64,000 bases of DNA from contig OX597835.1 of the NCBI GenBank assembly GCA_951406725.2, positions 19,716,001 to 19,780,000 of the forward strand, in the 5' to 3' direction. The DNA comes from Octopus vulgaris (lineage: Eukaryota). Below, piece by piece: positions 27,064-42,634 of this stretch (position 1 is its first letter; each line of letters begins with the position of its first letter). The notes beneath the pieces are model-generated. The model was not told the DNA's origin and did no database searches. It saw nothing but the letters and a program-made list of their open reading frames with translations. The position numbers and the translations under genes were made by a program.

Positions 27064-28180
27064 CATACATTTCATATGAATCGATGTCCATATATGTACT
27101 GTTAACCCGCCTTATATTTTCACCGGTAATTAAACCAATATTATTCAATATAGTTTTGTAATAATCTTTTGTAATTGAGACACAAGGCTTGAAAGATTTT
27201 AGCGGGCAGTGCTTAATCGATCACATCGAACCCAACACTCACTGGTACTTATTTAATAGACTCCGAAAGAAAAGAAAATGATTTCTGTGTTTTTTGAACA
27301 CAGAACGTAAAAACCAATGAAAAGGCCCTAACCATTTTGTCCGGGTCGGTTATGATTTTCTAACTTACCACCTTTATTTAGACCTAATATGCGACTAAAC
27401 GTTAAAATGTAGACTATTTTATTGTTTCAAGATCTACCATTTATTCCAGACAATGTTTCAACTTATTTTACCCTGTTATATCTTAATTTATTTATTTGAC
27501 AATTATTTATATCATTTATATGTTGTTGAATAACTGTAAACTTAACTATTTTAACCATAAACCTAATGCCTTTTCTCACTCTTACAAGTTACGTACTCGA
27601 AAATATACTAAATATATTTTAGTTCACGTAAATGTTAACGCGTTAATTTGATAAAATCTAACTTCATCAAGTTAACGCGTGTCAGACGGGAGCATGAATA
27701 TAGACATATATGCCCTTAAGAAGATTCATATATCGATGAATGTGAATAATAATATGATATGTTTTGGTCAATTAAGCACGAATTATTGATCTTCTACTAT
27801 ATACTAAATAACTACATCCACACGAAGGTTCTGAGATTCGACTATGATACTGTGCGTATGCGTCAGCGCTTGAATATATATATATAAATAATAATAGGGT
27901 AAAAAGAATTATAGAAAGTATTATTATCAGTGGCATAGCACAGAAAAATTAGTCCATAGACTATATATTATTCATATAAAAATAGGAAAGCCTTGTGCTA
28001 GAAAGAGAAGTAGAAAACTCAAACCACTAATTAGGGATAAATTCTTGAAAAGAATGAAAATTAAAAACGTTTTCCATCTAATGTACTTCCTAGACCATGG
28101 GAATAGACACATCTCTATTATATATATAAACGTATATATATATATTGATATATATATGTATGCATGTGTATGTATATATG

Positions 28181-28217
<37 letters not shown>

Positions 28218-29475
28218 TTATAAATATATACATATGCACACATACATATATGTATATACATATATAAACATATATGTATATTTATATATATGTGCATGTG
28301 TATGTATGTATATATATATTATATATATACATATATAAAAATATATACATATACACACATACATATATGTATATGTATATATATTTATATATATACATAG
28401 ATATATACATATACACACATACATATATGTTATACGTATATGTATATATGCATGTATATATATATATATACATACATGAAAGACGGGCTACTTTCAGTTT
28501 CTATCAAACAAACCATTCCAAACGGATTTGATCCTTCATGTAGCAGAAGACAATCATGTAAGGTGCTATGTCTTTGGGAGGTACACGTCTTATCACACAA
28601 ACACGCAAACGAGATTCTTTATTTATCATTGTTTATTTCACTCAACGCATGTGGGTCTGTCGTCAACGCCTCCTTTAATCAAACCATATATGATAACTGG
28701 TGAATAACACTGTCATTTGCGATATATATTGGGCCTGCATGTCTTCGGTAGTAGAGATACATTTGTGGATTACTATGAAGCGTTCTGACAATTATTCTGC
28801 AGACTGATATCTATGCTTGTACATACATATTTTCGATACGTACGAAGCTTGAAGTGATAACTGTTATATAACAAACTTGAATATGGAACAGCGGTAAACT
28901 AATGGAATAAACATCTCTCTCTCACCTTTCTTCACATACATACACCTGTGTGTAGGTGTGTGAACATTATTCAGTCTAGCTATGAAACGTTGCCGCTTGC
29001 ATTCATATTTGTGGTTCAAAATGATGTTAAGTGATATTTGAAATTTTCGGTGGAATTTAAAATAAAAAAATAATCTGTCAACCAAAGAAAAAGAGAAAAT
29101 AATCAAATATCAATTTGGGATGCAAAAAATTTTTTAAAATTAACGAAAACAAATGATGTATCTACTATATGCATACGCAAATACACATTTATATATATGC
29201 ACAAATATTTGTATCTAAGCGCATGCATAAATTACATATACGTTAATACAGCAACATGTATCAACATCGCAAACATCCATAACTGAACGTACAGAGATGA
29301 ATTTATTTGATGAAGGAACAAAAAAATTCTCAATATATATATATGTGTGTGCGTGTATGTATATATATGATCTGATTAGATTTCTTCTGATGAATAAAAT
29401 AATCTGTCCGCTTGTCGGTGTGTCTGCTTATTTGCTGTTACTCTGCTTTCCATTTTACTCCCTCCCTTTATGTCT

Positions 29476-29516
<41 letters not shown>

Positions 29517-29596
29517 ACTGTATTCGTTGCACTCAAACGCGTACACACATGCACACTTTATCTTTCTTTCTTTGTCTCTTACACTTACCACATATT

Positions 29597-29675
<79 letters not shown>

Positions 29676-30196
29676 ACAGAGAGAGAAAGAGAGGGACGCA
29701 CTCGCAAACACGTGATCCAAAAATGTAGACACAAGGATGCATGGCAGTGTGTAATCATATATTTATGTATGCTTGCTTGTAGAAACAGATTCACAATGAG
29801 TAGAATAGGATAAACGAGTATGCCTGTGTTCGTATGAATAACTTTGTACGTAGAAGTTTATATATATGTGTATATATGTATGCATATACATATATATATA
29901 TACATGTGTGTGTGTCTATGCATGTTTGTGTATATGTATGCCTATGCATACATACATTCATACACACACACAAACCACATAGATACACTTACCACACACA
30001 CACACACACACACATACACATACACACACGCACTCACATACATATATATTCGATTGTGTGTCTACATGTATTCTCAAAAGATCGTTTCTGTGTGCTTTGA
30101 AGTGGGTTTTAACTTTTTTTTTAAATAAATCTATTTTTTTCATCTCTACTTGTGACAGTATATATGTATAGTGTGCGTATGTACATACACACTCAT

Positions 30197-30228
<32 letters not shown>

Positions 30229-30304
30229 GTTTAGATATATGTTGATAGATATGTATGTATATGGATATGTAAGGTAATGAACCTAGATAGAGATAAATAC
30301 ATGC

Positions 30305-30344
<40 letters not shown>

Positions 30345-30373
30345 TGTCAGTATACATATGTATGTATGTATAT

Positions 30374-30465
<92 letters not shown>

Positions 30466-31060
30466 TGACAGTATAGATATGTATGTGTGTGTGCGCGCCG
30501 TGCATAGTCATCGTTTCACAATTCTCCTTTGCTCCATTTTATGTTTTTATCTTAAACTATTTTTTGTTCAACAAAATTGAAAACTGATATTAAATAATAT
30601 AACTGGGGAAATGTAAAAAAACAACAAAAAAAACGCCCTTCCAATATGAAAATAACAGTAATATTTCTCGTGTTGCATTTCTTTAGTGTGTTACTATTTT
30701 TACATATTACGTTTAGATGTATTTAATATGTACATACATATGTGTATACACACGTGATTATAACATACACACAACCCGAAAACAGCAGCAACATCTATAC
30801 ACTTAAAGGGTAACACAACATATATGAGTTGGTGTACATGTTTGTGTGTATCTACGTATGAATCTATATGCATGTATGTATAGACGTATATTTGATTTTT
30901 ATATGCAGCCATTACCCATGTGAATAACTGTGCTTATACATAGGTGTGTAGAGGTATGTATATACATATATCTCTTTGTTTTTATATTAGTTTTCTATTT
31001 TTATAGTTGCTATATACAATGCATTATTTGGTATATATATATATATGCGTGTGTGTATGC

Positions 31061-31130
<70 letters not shown>

Positions 31131-31182
31131 GTATATATATACATATATATATATCTGTATATATATATACATATATATATAT

Positions 31183-31235
<53 letters not shown>

Positions 31236-31243
31236 CATACATA

Positions 31244-31337
<94 letters not shown>

Positions 31338-31699
31338 ATATATATGGATATCAGTAACTCAGTGCGTACTTGTTTTTTAACTCTTTTTAAATGTCTTTCG
31401 TTTCATCCGTCGTATTAAAATTTAGGACGGATTCTTGCAGAGATAGAATTTTGTATGACTAGAATTTATTTAATATGTATAATAAAGGATTTGACATTCA
31501 ATTCTTTTGAAATATCTCGTATTTTGTCACCGCACTCTTAACACATTTAATTTTCAAATAACGTGTGATAGTTTTACACTTCCCATTGTAGACTCTACGT
31601 TTCAAGCTTTTGAACTTGATAGTGAACATACTTGAAATATTAGCGCAGTAAATGATAGTTATAGGTGAGTGTGTAAGCCGATATTTTAGGCAGAGTGCA

Positions 31700-32705
31700 A
31701 AGCGGCGAGCTGGTAACATCGTTAGGACGCCGGGCAATACTTCGTTTCATTCGTCTCTACGCTTTCAGATCAAATGCTTTCCACGTCGACTTTACCTATC
31801 ATTCTTTCACGGTCCACAAAATCTGAATCAGTTGAACACAGGTGTCTATGTAATCGACTTACACCCTCCACAAAATTGGAGAGCAAGGCGGTGAGATAGT
31901 AGAATGTATAGGATGCCGGGAAAAACGTTTCGCGGCATTTCGTTGGTCTTTAGGTTATACCTTGAAATACCACCGAGATCTACTTTGCCGTTTATAATTT
32001 TGGGATTGATTAAATAAGTACAAGGTGAACAGTGATATCGATGCAAATGACTAACACAAAATTGGTGGCCTTCTGCCAAAATTTGAAATAAATATTTTAT
32101 GGTGCAAAACGTAGCGAGCTGGAAGAATCGCAACCGCGCTAGTTAAATCGTCCATGCTTAGGAGTCATTGTTCAAGTTACACTGTGGTCGACTTTGCATT
32201 CCTTCCTTCTGGGGCGATAAAAGAATTGCGTGCCACGTAGTAAGGTCGATGTAATCGAATTGCCCCCTCTTCCAAAATTGTTGGCCGTGTGCCAAAATTT
32301 GAAACTAATATTTTAGACGGAATGATTACCAAGCCGGGCATTAATTTTTAACGACATATTCTCCATCTTTAGGTTGAGTTCAAATTCCGCCGAGGTCGAC
32401 TTTGAATTGTATGTTTCCATGCGTCGAAAAGATATGTACCAGCTGAATATTGGGGTCGCTATAATCGACATAGCCCCCACCCTGAAAAAAAATTACTGGT
32501 GCAGAAATTTTTCAAGATTTTATGTGATTAATTATGCAATGCTTGTATTATTGAACTTGTACATTTTTTTAAATATTTTATCAGCTCTGAGGAAATGGAA
32601 GGCAAAGTCGACCTCGATAGTATTTTAATCTAGAACTTAAAACCGGAAGAAATGCATCCAAGTGTCTTTACAGCATGCGAAAGATTCTGCCAGCTAGTTG
32701 CCTTG
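31700..32705 (+). mobile_element. Cluster of several diverged SINE B-related units (last one inverted)
   Basis: Recurrent GCGAGCTGG, GTCGACTTT, TAATCGAC and CCAAAATTTGAAA blocks. Confidence 0.7.
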
Positions 32706-33213
32706 ATGATGAAGATGACAACGACGACGTCGATGACAAAAAAGCCGACGACGTGCCGATGACGACGGCGACGTCAACGATGATGATGACGATGATGGTG
32801 GTTATGATGCGGGCGCTGCTGCTGATGATGATAATGTTGACGGTGGTGGTGGTAGTGGTGGAGGTTGTGTTTTTTGATTGCTGTGGTTATGATGATGATG
32901 ATGAGGAGGAGAAGGAGGAGGGGGTGTTAATAATGTTTAAAAAATATTTAGGTGTACCAACACTACAACCTCTAACAAGAAGGCATGCTGCATCATCAGC
33001 GAAACCATACGAGTAATCTACTGGAATGAACGAACCAAATTGCATCACAAGATGTCTGCTTAGAATAATACAACATCTATTCAACAATAGAAAATTTGAC
33101 TTCATTTCATAATTAACGGTAAACCTGTGTGTGATGAGTAGACTATCGGTAACGTAAGTGTATGTTGAACGCTTGTCGGATAATTGTCGTTTGTGGCCAA
33201 ATGACATCCCCTT

Positions 33214-33588
33214 ATGGCCCAGTGGTTAGGGCAGTGGACTCGCGGTCATAGGGTCGCGGTTTCGATTCCCAGACCGAGCGTTGTGAGTGTTTATTGAGCG
33301 AAAACACCTAAAAGCTCCACGAGGCTCCGGCAGGGGATGGTGGTGATCCCTGCTGTACTCTTTCACCACAACTTTCTCTCACTCTTACTTCCTGTTTCTG
33401 TTGTACCTGTATTTCAAAGGGCCGGCCTTGTCACTCTCTGTGTCACGCTGAATATCCCCGAGAACTACATTAAGGGTGCACGTGTCTGTGGAGTGCTCAG
33501 CCACTTACACGTTAATTTCACGAGCAGGCTGTTCTGTTGATTCGGATCAACCGGAACCCTCGTCGTCGTAACCGACGGAGTGCTTCCA
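33214..33588 (+). mobile_element. SINE family C
   Basis: Near-identical to 8088-8465. Confidence 0.92.
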
Positions 33589-35733
33589 TATATTGAAAGA
33601 GAGACAGCAGTAGGTGGAAGTTAAATCAAATAAAAGATAGTTAAGACGACAGGGGAAAATTATAGCTAGAAAATATACAGAGAATCTTCATACATTTCAT
33701 GAAGAGTAGGTCCTCAACACTGCAGTAGTCCTACCGGGCGATAGCGGTCGGGGTGCTGTATGAACTTTCCAACGTATGAAATAGTTTCAGAGGTCACTTG
33801 TTTTGATGTTAAGCCAAATGTAAAATGTTTATGGTCGATATACATAGACCAGAAGAAAAGAAAACCCACTACGCTCACGTATCTATTGATGTAATTTGAA
33901 GCAACATGTTAAATCAACTTGCTATTTCTTACAAGATCGACGAGCTGGTTAACTGCTTTGAACAGCAAGAGGTTAGATAGACATTTTGTAACTAATGTTT
34001 GATTAACTAAGTAGTGCTAGATTAATAAAAAATATAAGTCATCTTAGATTAAGAAACTTCTCTCGAATAACTGAATTAGAGAAACAGAGATATACTTTTC
34101 TTGGCTGTCGCTATCACACGAATTTGAGCATGAATATAATAGATATAATCGAAGGATACCATCATAAATATCATTATCAATAACAGAAAGGCTGCCCGGG
34201 TAGCTACATTCGGTCATGTACCTTATTAGAAATAACAGCCAAATTCCTTCAAACTACAATCTACAGATTGAAAAAAATGTCTGTCTGTGTCAAACAAACA
34301 ACCAAGGTGGACATGGCTGAAATAGTTTTAATTATATATCAGCCACACTATGATTGATGGATCAGCCTGCAGTAGAATCAAGAACAAAAATTACTTATGC
34401 CAACACCAACGGTAATATCAACAACATCTACATCTTGACGAGTAACAACATCACGAATGAAAGCAAAATCGTAAACAACAAAAATAATAGACCCGAGAAC
34501 AGCAAGAATAACAATAGCAATAATAACTAGAAGACTTTAAAGAGAAACGATACATAGAGCAATATTTAAAGAAATATTTATGGAAAATGTTACTTTGTTT
34601 TCGGCAAAAATAACAGACGATGTGAGAAACCCTATCCAAGCAGAATTGATGAGAAAAAAAAAGAAGGAAAACGAACGAAAACCCATCGAGTTGACAATGA
34701 TTGAAGACATTAGAAGAGTTTATTTACAATGTAACAAACCAGCTTTCTCTCAAATATATTTCTTGTTTATATTTCATTTTCGTGACCATCAAAGCAATAT
34801 CTTGGGAATATAAAGAAAATAAATAGTTTTACACGTATCTGCAAATACTAACATATTAAAAAAAAAGAAAGAAAAGGAGTAGAACAGAAATGTAACGAAA
34901 ATAAAAGGAAATATCTGCAAACTAGGAGAAACGGAAACATGGATATGAAGGAAAATAGGAAACAATAAAATTACCAATCTACAACAGATTATTGGATATG
35001 TTTGGATAGTTAAAGCGTAAGAAGATAAACAGCTCTAGCCACCACACCATGTAAGAACGTGATATAAAAGTGACAAAAACTTGTGTTCAGAAACAACAAA
35101 TTGAGATCACTTCACTACAAGTTATTAACTCTCTGGCAATATATATTAAAATGTACATCAAAAACACTCGAGGAAAATAATACGAGTATGTGCGCGATCC
35201 AAAGGAACAATTTTAACAACTAGAAAATCTGGATATTATTGAAGTAGCTGATTAGAAAAATGGATATGGATATATGAATCATGTATGAAATTTATTAGAA
35301 GGATCGATATGCATCAAGGAGATGAGGTTTAAGCACGTAGTCAGGGCTTCATCGAGTGATGAGAGTAAGGAAGGAAAAGCAGGATCATTGGCGACAGCCA
35401 CCTCCAGATAAGGAGGTAGAGTAGAGTGAATTCTACAGACGTAATGGAAGAATGGGTATGCTAAACCGGGTGACAGATTAATTTTCCGAATAAGGACAAC
35501 GGGACATCTCTCGTTTCTAGGAAGATGTCTGAATGTAAAGTCAAAAGATTTTCTCTAGCCACACTGAACTAATTAGAGTTCGCATAATCACAATTTATGT
35601 CGACATGTCCGCTTATGACTTGTTCTAACATAGTAGAACAATTAATAGAGAAACAACACACACACGCACACTCTCACACACGGGCGCCCACATACATACA
35701 CGTACGCCCAAATACCCACACATGCATATATAC

Positions 35734-35771
<38 letters not shown>

Positions 35772-35773
35772 TG

Positions 35774-35858
<85 letters not shown>

Positions 35859-36133
35859 CACTGATATCTATATAAATACTAGCATACTAGCTCGTTAACA
35901 TAATCTCCATTACACACACACACACACACAGATAGAGAGAGGGAGACAAAGATAGAAGAAGAGAGGAAATGAAGTAGAGTAAGAGACAGACAGAGGAAGA
36001 GAAAGAGAGAGAGAATTCAGTGTCAGAAAATGGAATTCATGAAATTCTTATTCAAATCCACCGGAAAGACTTCCACTCATTCCGCACCAGTGGCACACAA
36101 AGGAGATATATATTCAATTGTTTTGCCTCACAG

Positions 36134-36154
36134 GCGCAGACTCCGTCTCAACAC
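36134..36154 (+). other. Candidate 21-nt microexon
   Basis: ttgttttgcctcacAG|GCGCAGACTCCGTCTCAACAC|GTAAGT; frame-preserving length, no internal stop codon in any frame. Confidence 0.35.
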
Positions 36155-36403
36155 GTAAGTTTTTAAACAAGTACCTCATTCTAGTGGATTTGAATACAGA
36201 ATGGAATGGATTCTATTTTCTGTCCCTATTCCATTTATATAAGCTGAAGTGACACAAGCGACTTCTGGACGTAGAGCTTCAAGCATATGCATCGCGTCTG
36301 CTTTTGATACAAAGTAGCCACAAACAGGACGAGCTTTACACAGCTCCCTACAAGGTTTCTACCAATATATAATTTAACTACTATATATATATATATATAT
36401 ATA

Positions 36404-36507
36404 TAGGTCCCGGGTTGAGTCGGGGTTAACCACAGTAAATAAGGTACTCAATACATAGCAGAGTAAAGTAATTTATTTTATAGAAGGAGCTTCTACAGGA
36501 CTAGAAA
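36404..36507 (-). mobile_element. Truncated copy of the 3883-4082 element in (TA)n
   Basis: TAGGTCCCGGGTTGAGTCGGGG...GAAGGAGCTTCTACAG nearly identical to 3884-3979. Confidence 0.9.
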
Positions 36508-36530
36508 TATATATATATATATATATATAT

Positions 36531-36588
<58 letters not shown>

Positions 36589-37025
36589 TGATAGATAGAT
36601 ATATATCTAGATATATTGCGCCCTCTCTATCTTTAAGTCTCATTCTGACTTTCTCTGATACCTATGTAGATTTTAATTTGCACTATTAAGAGAGTAATTG
36701 ACAAAGAATAAGAGAAGAAAAGAAAATCATTCGCATTTAATTTCTAAAGGTTTTTAAGGAACATAGACCAAAGGGTTTCATACTTTATTGAGGAGAGGAG
36801 CTGAAATAAGACCGAAATAACGTTATCTGCAACATCTAGGTATCTCAAAAAATGGAATTACATGGGAATACGACTTCATATTTCTTCTCTCTGATAAGAA
36901 AGCCTTTTTGTAATTATAATAAAGCAAAAAAAAAAAAAGCAAAAAAACCCCAGAAAAAATATTATAAAACCGCAGCAGTTTTCTCCCCTTAAATGTTAAC
37001 TGCAGCACACCCTACTTGTTCTGAT

Positions 37026-37408
37026 GTGGAGGGGCAATGGCCCAGTTGTTAGGGCAGCGGACTCGCAGTCATAGGATCGCGGTTTCGATTCCCAGACCGG
37101 GCCGTGTGAGTGTTTATTGAGCGAAAACACCTAAAGCTCCACTAGGCTCCGGTAGGGATGGTGGTGATCCCTGCTGTACTCTTTCACCACAGCTTTCTCT
37201 CACTCTTACTTCCTGTTTCTGTTGTACCTGTATTTCAAAGGGCCGGCCTTGTCAGTCTTTGTGTCACGCTGAATATCCCCGAGAACTATGTTAAGGGTAC
37301 ACGTGTCTGTGGAGTGCTCAGCCACTTACACGTTAATTTCACGAGCAGGTTGTTCCGTTGATCGGATCAACCGGAACCCTCATCGTCGTAACCGACGGAG
37401 TGCTTCCA
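37026..37408 (+). mobile_element. SINE family C
   Basis: Near-identical to other family C copies. Confidence 0.92.
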
Positions 37409-37971
37409 TACTTTTTCTGAGTAAACCCACTTCATCTCTCACCGTTTCTCAGAGAACTGTTGTAAGCGAAAGCACTACTACTTGCCACTAGAAATTTCCC
37501 ATATATAGATATTGTAAAATGTATACTCATCTCTTTCAATAGACATTTATATTTTTTATATCTGGGACGAATTTATATACCTTCAGCAATTGTATATTTG
37601 TATGTGCCAGGAGAAAATTCTGAAAAGATGAATGGATATAAATAATGCATGCGTAGCACTAATTTCTTCTTTTGATGGGTTATTTTCGACACACCGAAAA
37701 TTTTGTTTCTACAGAGTGTAATACAAATCTGTAATACTAGAAATATATTTTAGGAAAGCCTTTCAAATAGTAAATGAAACACATACGCTGTCGCATTCAG
37801 TCTGTAAAAGGACTATAAATTGGACTTTAGTGCTGTAGAATTGTCTTACTAGGTTTACATCATTTGTAGCTGAATTGTAGTAATTCACACTCATAGAATC
37901 ATGCCTTCGTACATACCTATCTGTCTACCTATTCCCCTCGCTCTCGCTCTCTCTCTCTTTCTCTCTCCCTC

Positions 37972-38009
<38 letters not shown>

Positions 38010-38033
38010 TGTTCTTTCTTTGTTTGTTTGGAT

Positions 38034-38090
<57 letters not shown>

Positions 38091-38175
38091 AAGAAAAGAA
38101 TGAAAGATATCTCGATATTATGTAAATAGAAGAATTTATCTGTAAATGCTATGAATTTTCATAGCATTTTTCCGA

Positions 38176-38249
38176 TGGCCGGAAAACTGAAGAGAAGGCG
38201 GCGTGGATTTCCACCCCGACATCCGAAACTCAGAGTTTTATCATGGCTA
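38176..38249 (+). ncRNA. Type I hammerhead motif with long stem II, inside a TA-embedded element (~38088-38275)
   Basis: TGGCCGGAAAA-CTGAAGA-gaaggcggcgtgg attt ccaccccgacatcc-GAAAC-tcaga-GTT-TTATCATGGCTA; stems imperfect. Confidence 0.7.
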
Positions 38250-38285
38250 CCGAATAATTGTCACATTATATTTACACACACATAT

Positions 38286-38338
<53 letters not shown>

Positions 38339-38395
38339 CATATATATATATATATATATACACGTACATATATGTGTGTGTATACATGGATAGAC

Positions 38396-38456
<61 letters not shown>

Positions 38457-39343
38457 GGTGTAAATGTGTGTCAACTTAATATCCTCTACCCTACCTATCT
38501 TAAACTATATCCTCAAAGCGACACAGACACATGTTTTAAGAAGAGGGCGGAGACGAAATCAGCAGAAGAGACCACAGCTCTATAGCTTTCATTCCAAGAA
38601 GACTTTATCGATCGTTAATTAGCAGAATATATAAAAGTATTCACTTGTACAAAGTAATATTGGCATAACATTATCACCAATTTCTCTTCATCTAATCGAT
38701 AGCTAATAGACGAATGAATAAAATAACGTAAAATTGTAATATTAATAATTCAGTCTTTGTTTTATATTGGGGTACTTTTTTTAATATTATTTTGAAGTTA
38801 TATATTTTTTGTTTTTTTATTATTCATCTCTGATAAATTAAAAAAAAATCGAAAATCGTAGAAAGCATGAAAAACAGAAGTAGGGAAAAACTTAATGAAA
38901 TAGAAGCAATGCAAAAATTAATTCCAAAATGCAAATTATTTTGTCAAAAATACTTTTAAAAAACGTATAGTTTAGTTAATTAAATATCTTACTCTACGTA
39001 CATAAATCTACTTACATATAAATACTTATAGAAAAAAACAATGAAAAATATAAATAATAATGGTATCAATAACGAAAAAAAACCGACAACAATTATATCT
39101 GGACGATATGATATGAGTAATAATTAATGCCTCGTTAATAATATGACGTGGCTTTCTTTTAGATGTTTTATACTTCATTAATTTTTAATGAATACATGAA
39201 ATCTGTAATATGATCCTACATTAAGTCAATACATTCTTGCAATATCGACAATTTACGTTGATAGCTTATTAAGGAAAGCGACGTAATTAATTTGAATGAT
39301 GTTTTATTTGTGAAATTATTTGACTTTAAGCGAACTTTAAGCA

Positions 39344-39590
39344 TTGTTCAAATTTTTGCTGCTACCAAAGCATCCGCACCATCTTGATATTTTGGGCGGA
39401 ATTTGTAGGTAAAAGTACCTCTTTTTTGCTTTCCAACAATTTTAAATAGAATATATTTTGGGGTATATTTGTAGGTATATTGGAGTATATTTGTAGGTAT
39501 ATTTGGGGTATATTTGTAGGTAAAAGTACCTCTGTTTTGCTTTCCAACAATTTTAAAGAGAATGTATTTTAGGGTATATTTCAGGTATAC
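39344..39590. repeat. Dispersed repeat with internal GTATATTTGTAG tandem units
   Basis: TTGTTCAAATTTTT.CTGCTACCAAAGCATCCGCACCATCTT...GTAGGTAAA shared with 45527-45605. Confidence 0.8.
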
Positions 39591-39891
39591 ATTTCTCGGT
39601 TACCGCCAATAAGTTCCACAAGCATCCATTTCTATATTGTGAATAAACTACATTTTTTTTTAGCGGTGTAATCGTATACTCACCTTAAATACCTGGCGGT
39701 TGTCAATTGATTGTCAGTTTTAGAATGTTTCAGATAGAACAATCAAGATATACATATTTCTAATCCAGGAGAAAATACGACCGAATTGTGTGCAGGAAGA
39801 CATTTTACCTACCACAACACTAATGGACATATCGTACTGCATTGCTCCCATTACTAGAATTACACAGCACTTTCCTAAGTGCATTACTAAC

Positions 39892-39970
<79 letters not shown>

Positions 39971-40040
39971 AACTAAATCTTACTGTTAGACTCTTTCTAA
40001 CTTTGAAATCATCGGTGCCATACCGTACACACTGTTTATA

Positions 40041-40213
40041 GGCGCAGCAATGGCTGTGTGGTAAGTAGCTTGCTTCCAACCATATGGTTCCGGGTTCATT
40101 CCCACTGCGTGGCACCTTGGGTAAGTGTCTTCTACTATAGCTCCGGGCCGACCAAAATCTTGTGAGTGGATTAGGTAGACGGAAACTGAAAGAAGTCCGT
40201 CGTATATATATAC

Positions 40214-40264
<51 letters not shown>

Positions 40265-40486
40265 CGTGTGTGTGTGTGTGCATGTGAGTCTGTGTATGTG
40301 TATGTCCCCCCAACATCACTTGATAACCGATGCTGGATTGTTTACATCCCCGTAACTTAGCACTTCGGCAAAGCGACCGATTAAATATGTACAAGGCCTA
40401 CAAAGAATGAGTTCTGGGCTGGATTTGCTCGACTAAAGGCGGTGCTCCAGGATGGCAGTCAAATGACTGAAACAAGTAAAAGAGTA
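40041..40486 (+). mobile_element. SINE family A, full length
   Basis: Matches family A. Confidence 0.9.
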
Positions 40487-42020
40487 TTAGTTGAGTATTA
40501 CTGTTTCATAAGTTATCATGGTCAAATATAGAGGGCCTTTGTAAAATTTAACAGTGTCGATGTTCAAACATTTCTGACGTTACCAGATATACTTTCCTGA
40601 TGGAACATTATTGACGGTTTAGGCTTTGCTCTTGCTGTGGCAATGTTGAGGTTCTTTGTCCTGCACTAAGATATGGCAGAAGCTGAAGTATGATCAGTTG
40701 TTCAATGGAAGTATGGAAGTATGATCAGTTGTTCAATTCATGCCATGCGGCTTAAAAACTAAACGGTCAATTTTATTGCAGCATTCATTTTAAGAAGAAA
40801 TGGAAACAATTGGTGAAAATTTGTCTCCAGGAATGATCAAACAAGTAGATGCTCCCTTATTGTTCCCAAATGAAATTAGCAAATATGGTAGATTGTCTTA
40901 TAGCAAAACAAAAGATATGACAGTCAGAAGTAATAAATCCATTCTATTTTTGCTACAACGTAGAAAACGGAATAAAATAAACGCTGAAAAGTTTTATCAA
41001 AATAGTTGTTGTGCCAAGGTAGAGATCAGACGTCTTTTGTAGATAAAGCCGATAAATCAGTTAATAATCTTCTTTTTATCTCATCACTATAATCCATTAT
41101 GTCTGTATTAGGCAGACAATCCTTTTGCTCTAATACAATATTTTGACTGCGTAATTTTAATGGTGACGATGAACATAGTAGGTACGATGAAATAGGTTCG
41201 CATTTGTCGAGTAATTTCGTCCTGTCTATGAATCTATGTGTTCTAGATTAGGTCATTCCGGTTTCTTTGGGACATTGTCCGACAAATACCCCGTTATTAT
41301 CTGTTTCGTGTTACAATGTCTATTACTTGTGCCTGCAGTATCTTTGGCCAATAATTAGACCTCAGTAATAATTTAGTGCACGTGGTTTAAGGATATTTTT
41401 ACGTTTCCGAAATATACTCTGAGAATAGAGGTACACGGCAGTTTCTTCAAGTAAAGGTGAAATGCTTATAGGGAGACGAGTGTAAAGTAATACCTATCTC
41501 ACAGAACTAACCCGAAGATAAACCGCAGTAATACATATTATATAACTTTGGACGCTTTCGTTCACAATTATTTACAAGACTATGAATGAAATTATGTGAA
41601 TTGCAAAACAACTATTAGGAATAATAATCAAGTCTCCCACAATTCACAACTTAATGTCTTAAATAGGAAAGTGTTTTTTTTCTCCATTCGAAATATAGAG
41701 AATGCGAGACGGAGCACCTGACAGTTCCTCAGATGATAGGTGATCTATACAGCTACGAATTGTTGCTCACCACAGCGACTGTAACAACAACATAACCACA
41801 ATACTTCGAAAGAATTTGTGAGACAACATGAAAACATCAAGGAAGAGATAATGATTGGTTAACACAAGCACAGCTCCTTAATGTTCTCCAAAGATTTACA
41901 GAATAGTCACGGATATTTTTGCATTTCAATCGAACCGCTGCATACTTAGAACGAATAAAGGTCTTCTAAATTTGGCAAATGTGTTCTTCTCAAATTCCCT
42001 TTGTCCAATTTCGCCAATAT

Positions 42021-42250
42021 ATTTCTTTACTACTCACAAGGGGCTAAACACAGAGGAGACAAACAAGGACAGACAAACGGATTAAGTCGATTACATCGAC
42101 CCCAGTGCGTCACTGGTACTTAATTTATCGACCCCAGAAGGATGAAAGGCAAAGTCGACCTCGGCGGAATTTGAACTCGGAACGTAACGGCAGACGAAAT
42201 ACGGCAACGCATTTCGCCCGGCGTGCTAACGTTTCTGCCAGCTCGCCGCC
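42021..42250 (-). mobile_element. SINE family B, full length
   Basis: Reverse complement of 19974-20205. Confidence 0.9.
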
Positions 42251-42588
42251 AATAAGCTCGGAGACTTTCGACGGCTAGAAATATTACTGATTAAGTACGT
42301 TGTCTTTCGATTTGATAACATGCCTTCACAAGTTATCTTTTTAAAACATATTCTTCAATTCGAAAACATTATATCGAATGGTCTGTAAGATATCCTTGCA
42401 CTACACCATTGCCACTGTAAAGCTATGACCGAAAATGATATATTAGGATGGTGAAATGACGGAGACCAAACCCAAAGTTGCTTAGATAAGTCACGGAAAG
42501 TACTAATGTCAAGATTATACATCAGATAACTCTTTTATTTTTCTTCATCTTTGCCAACTTCTACAACCTCCACCACCACCACCAACCC

Positions 42589-42634
<46 letters not shown>

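Noticed and set aside
31700-32530. Spaced repeats resembling a CRISPR array
   Set aside because: Units are long, diverged SINE B pieces in eukaryotic DNA; no cas genes
33721-33760. Small GC-rich hairpin
   Set aside because: Many G-T pairs and bulges; compatible with chance
35150-35500. Possible RTE-like LINE C-terminal remnant (DIIE...KWIW)
   Set aside because: Too degenerate to call
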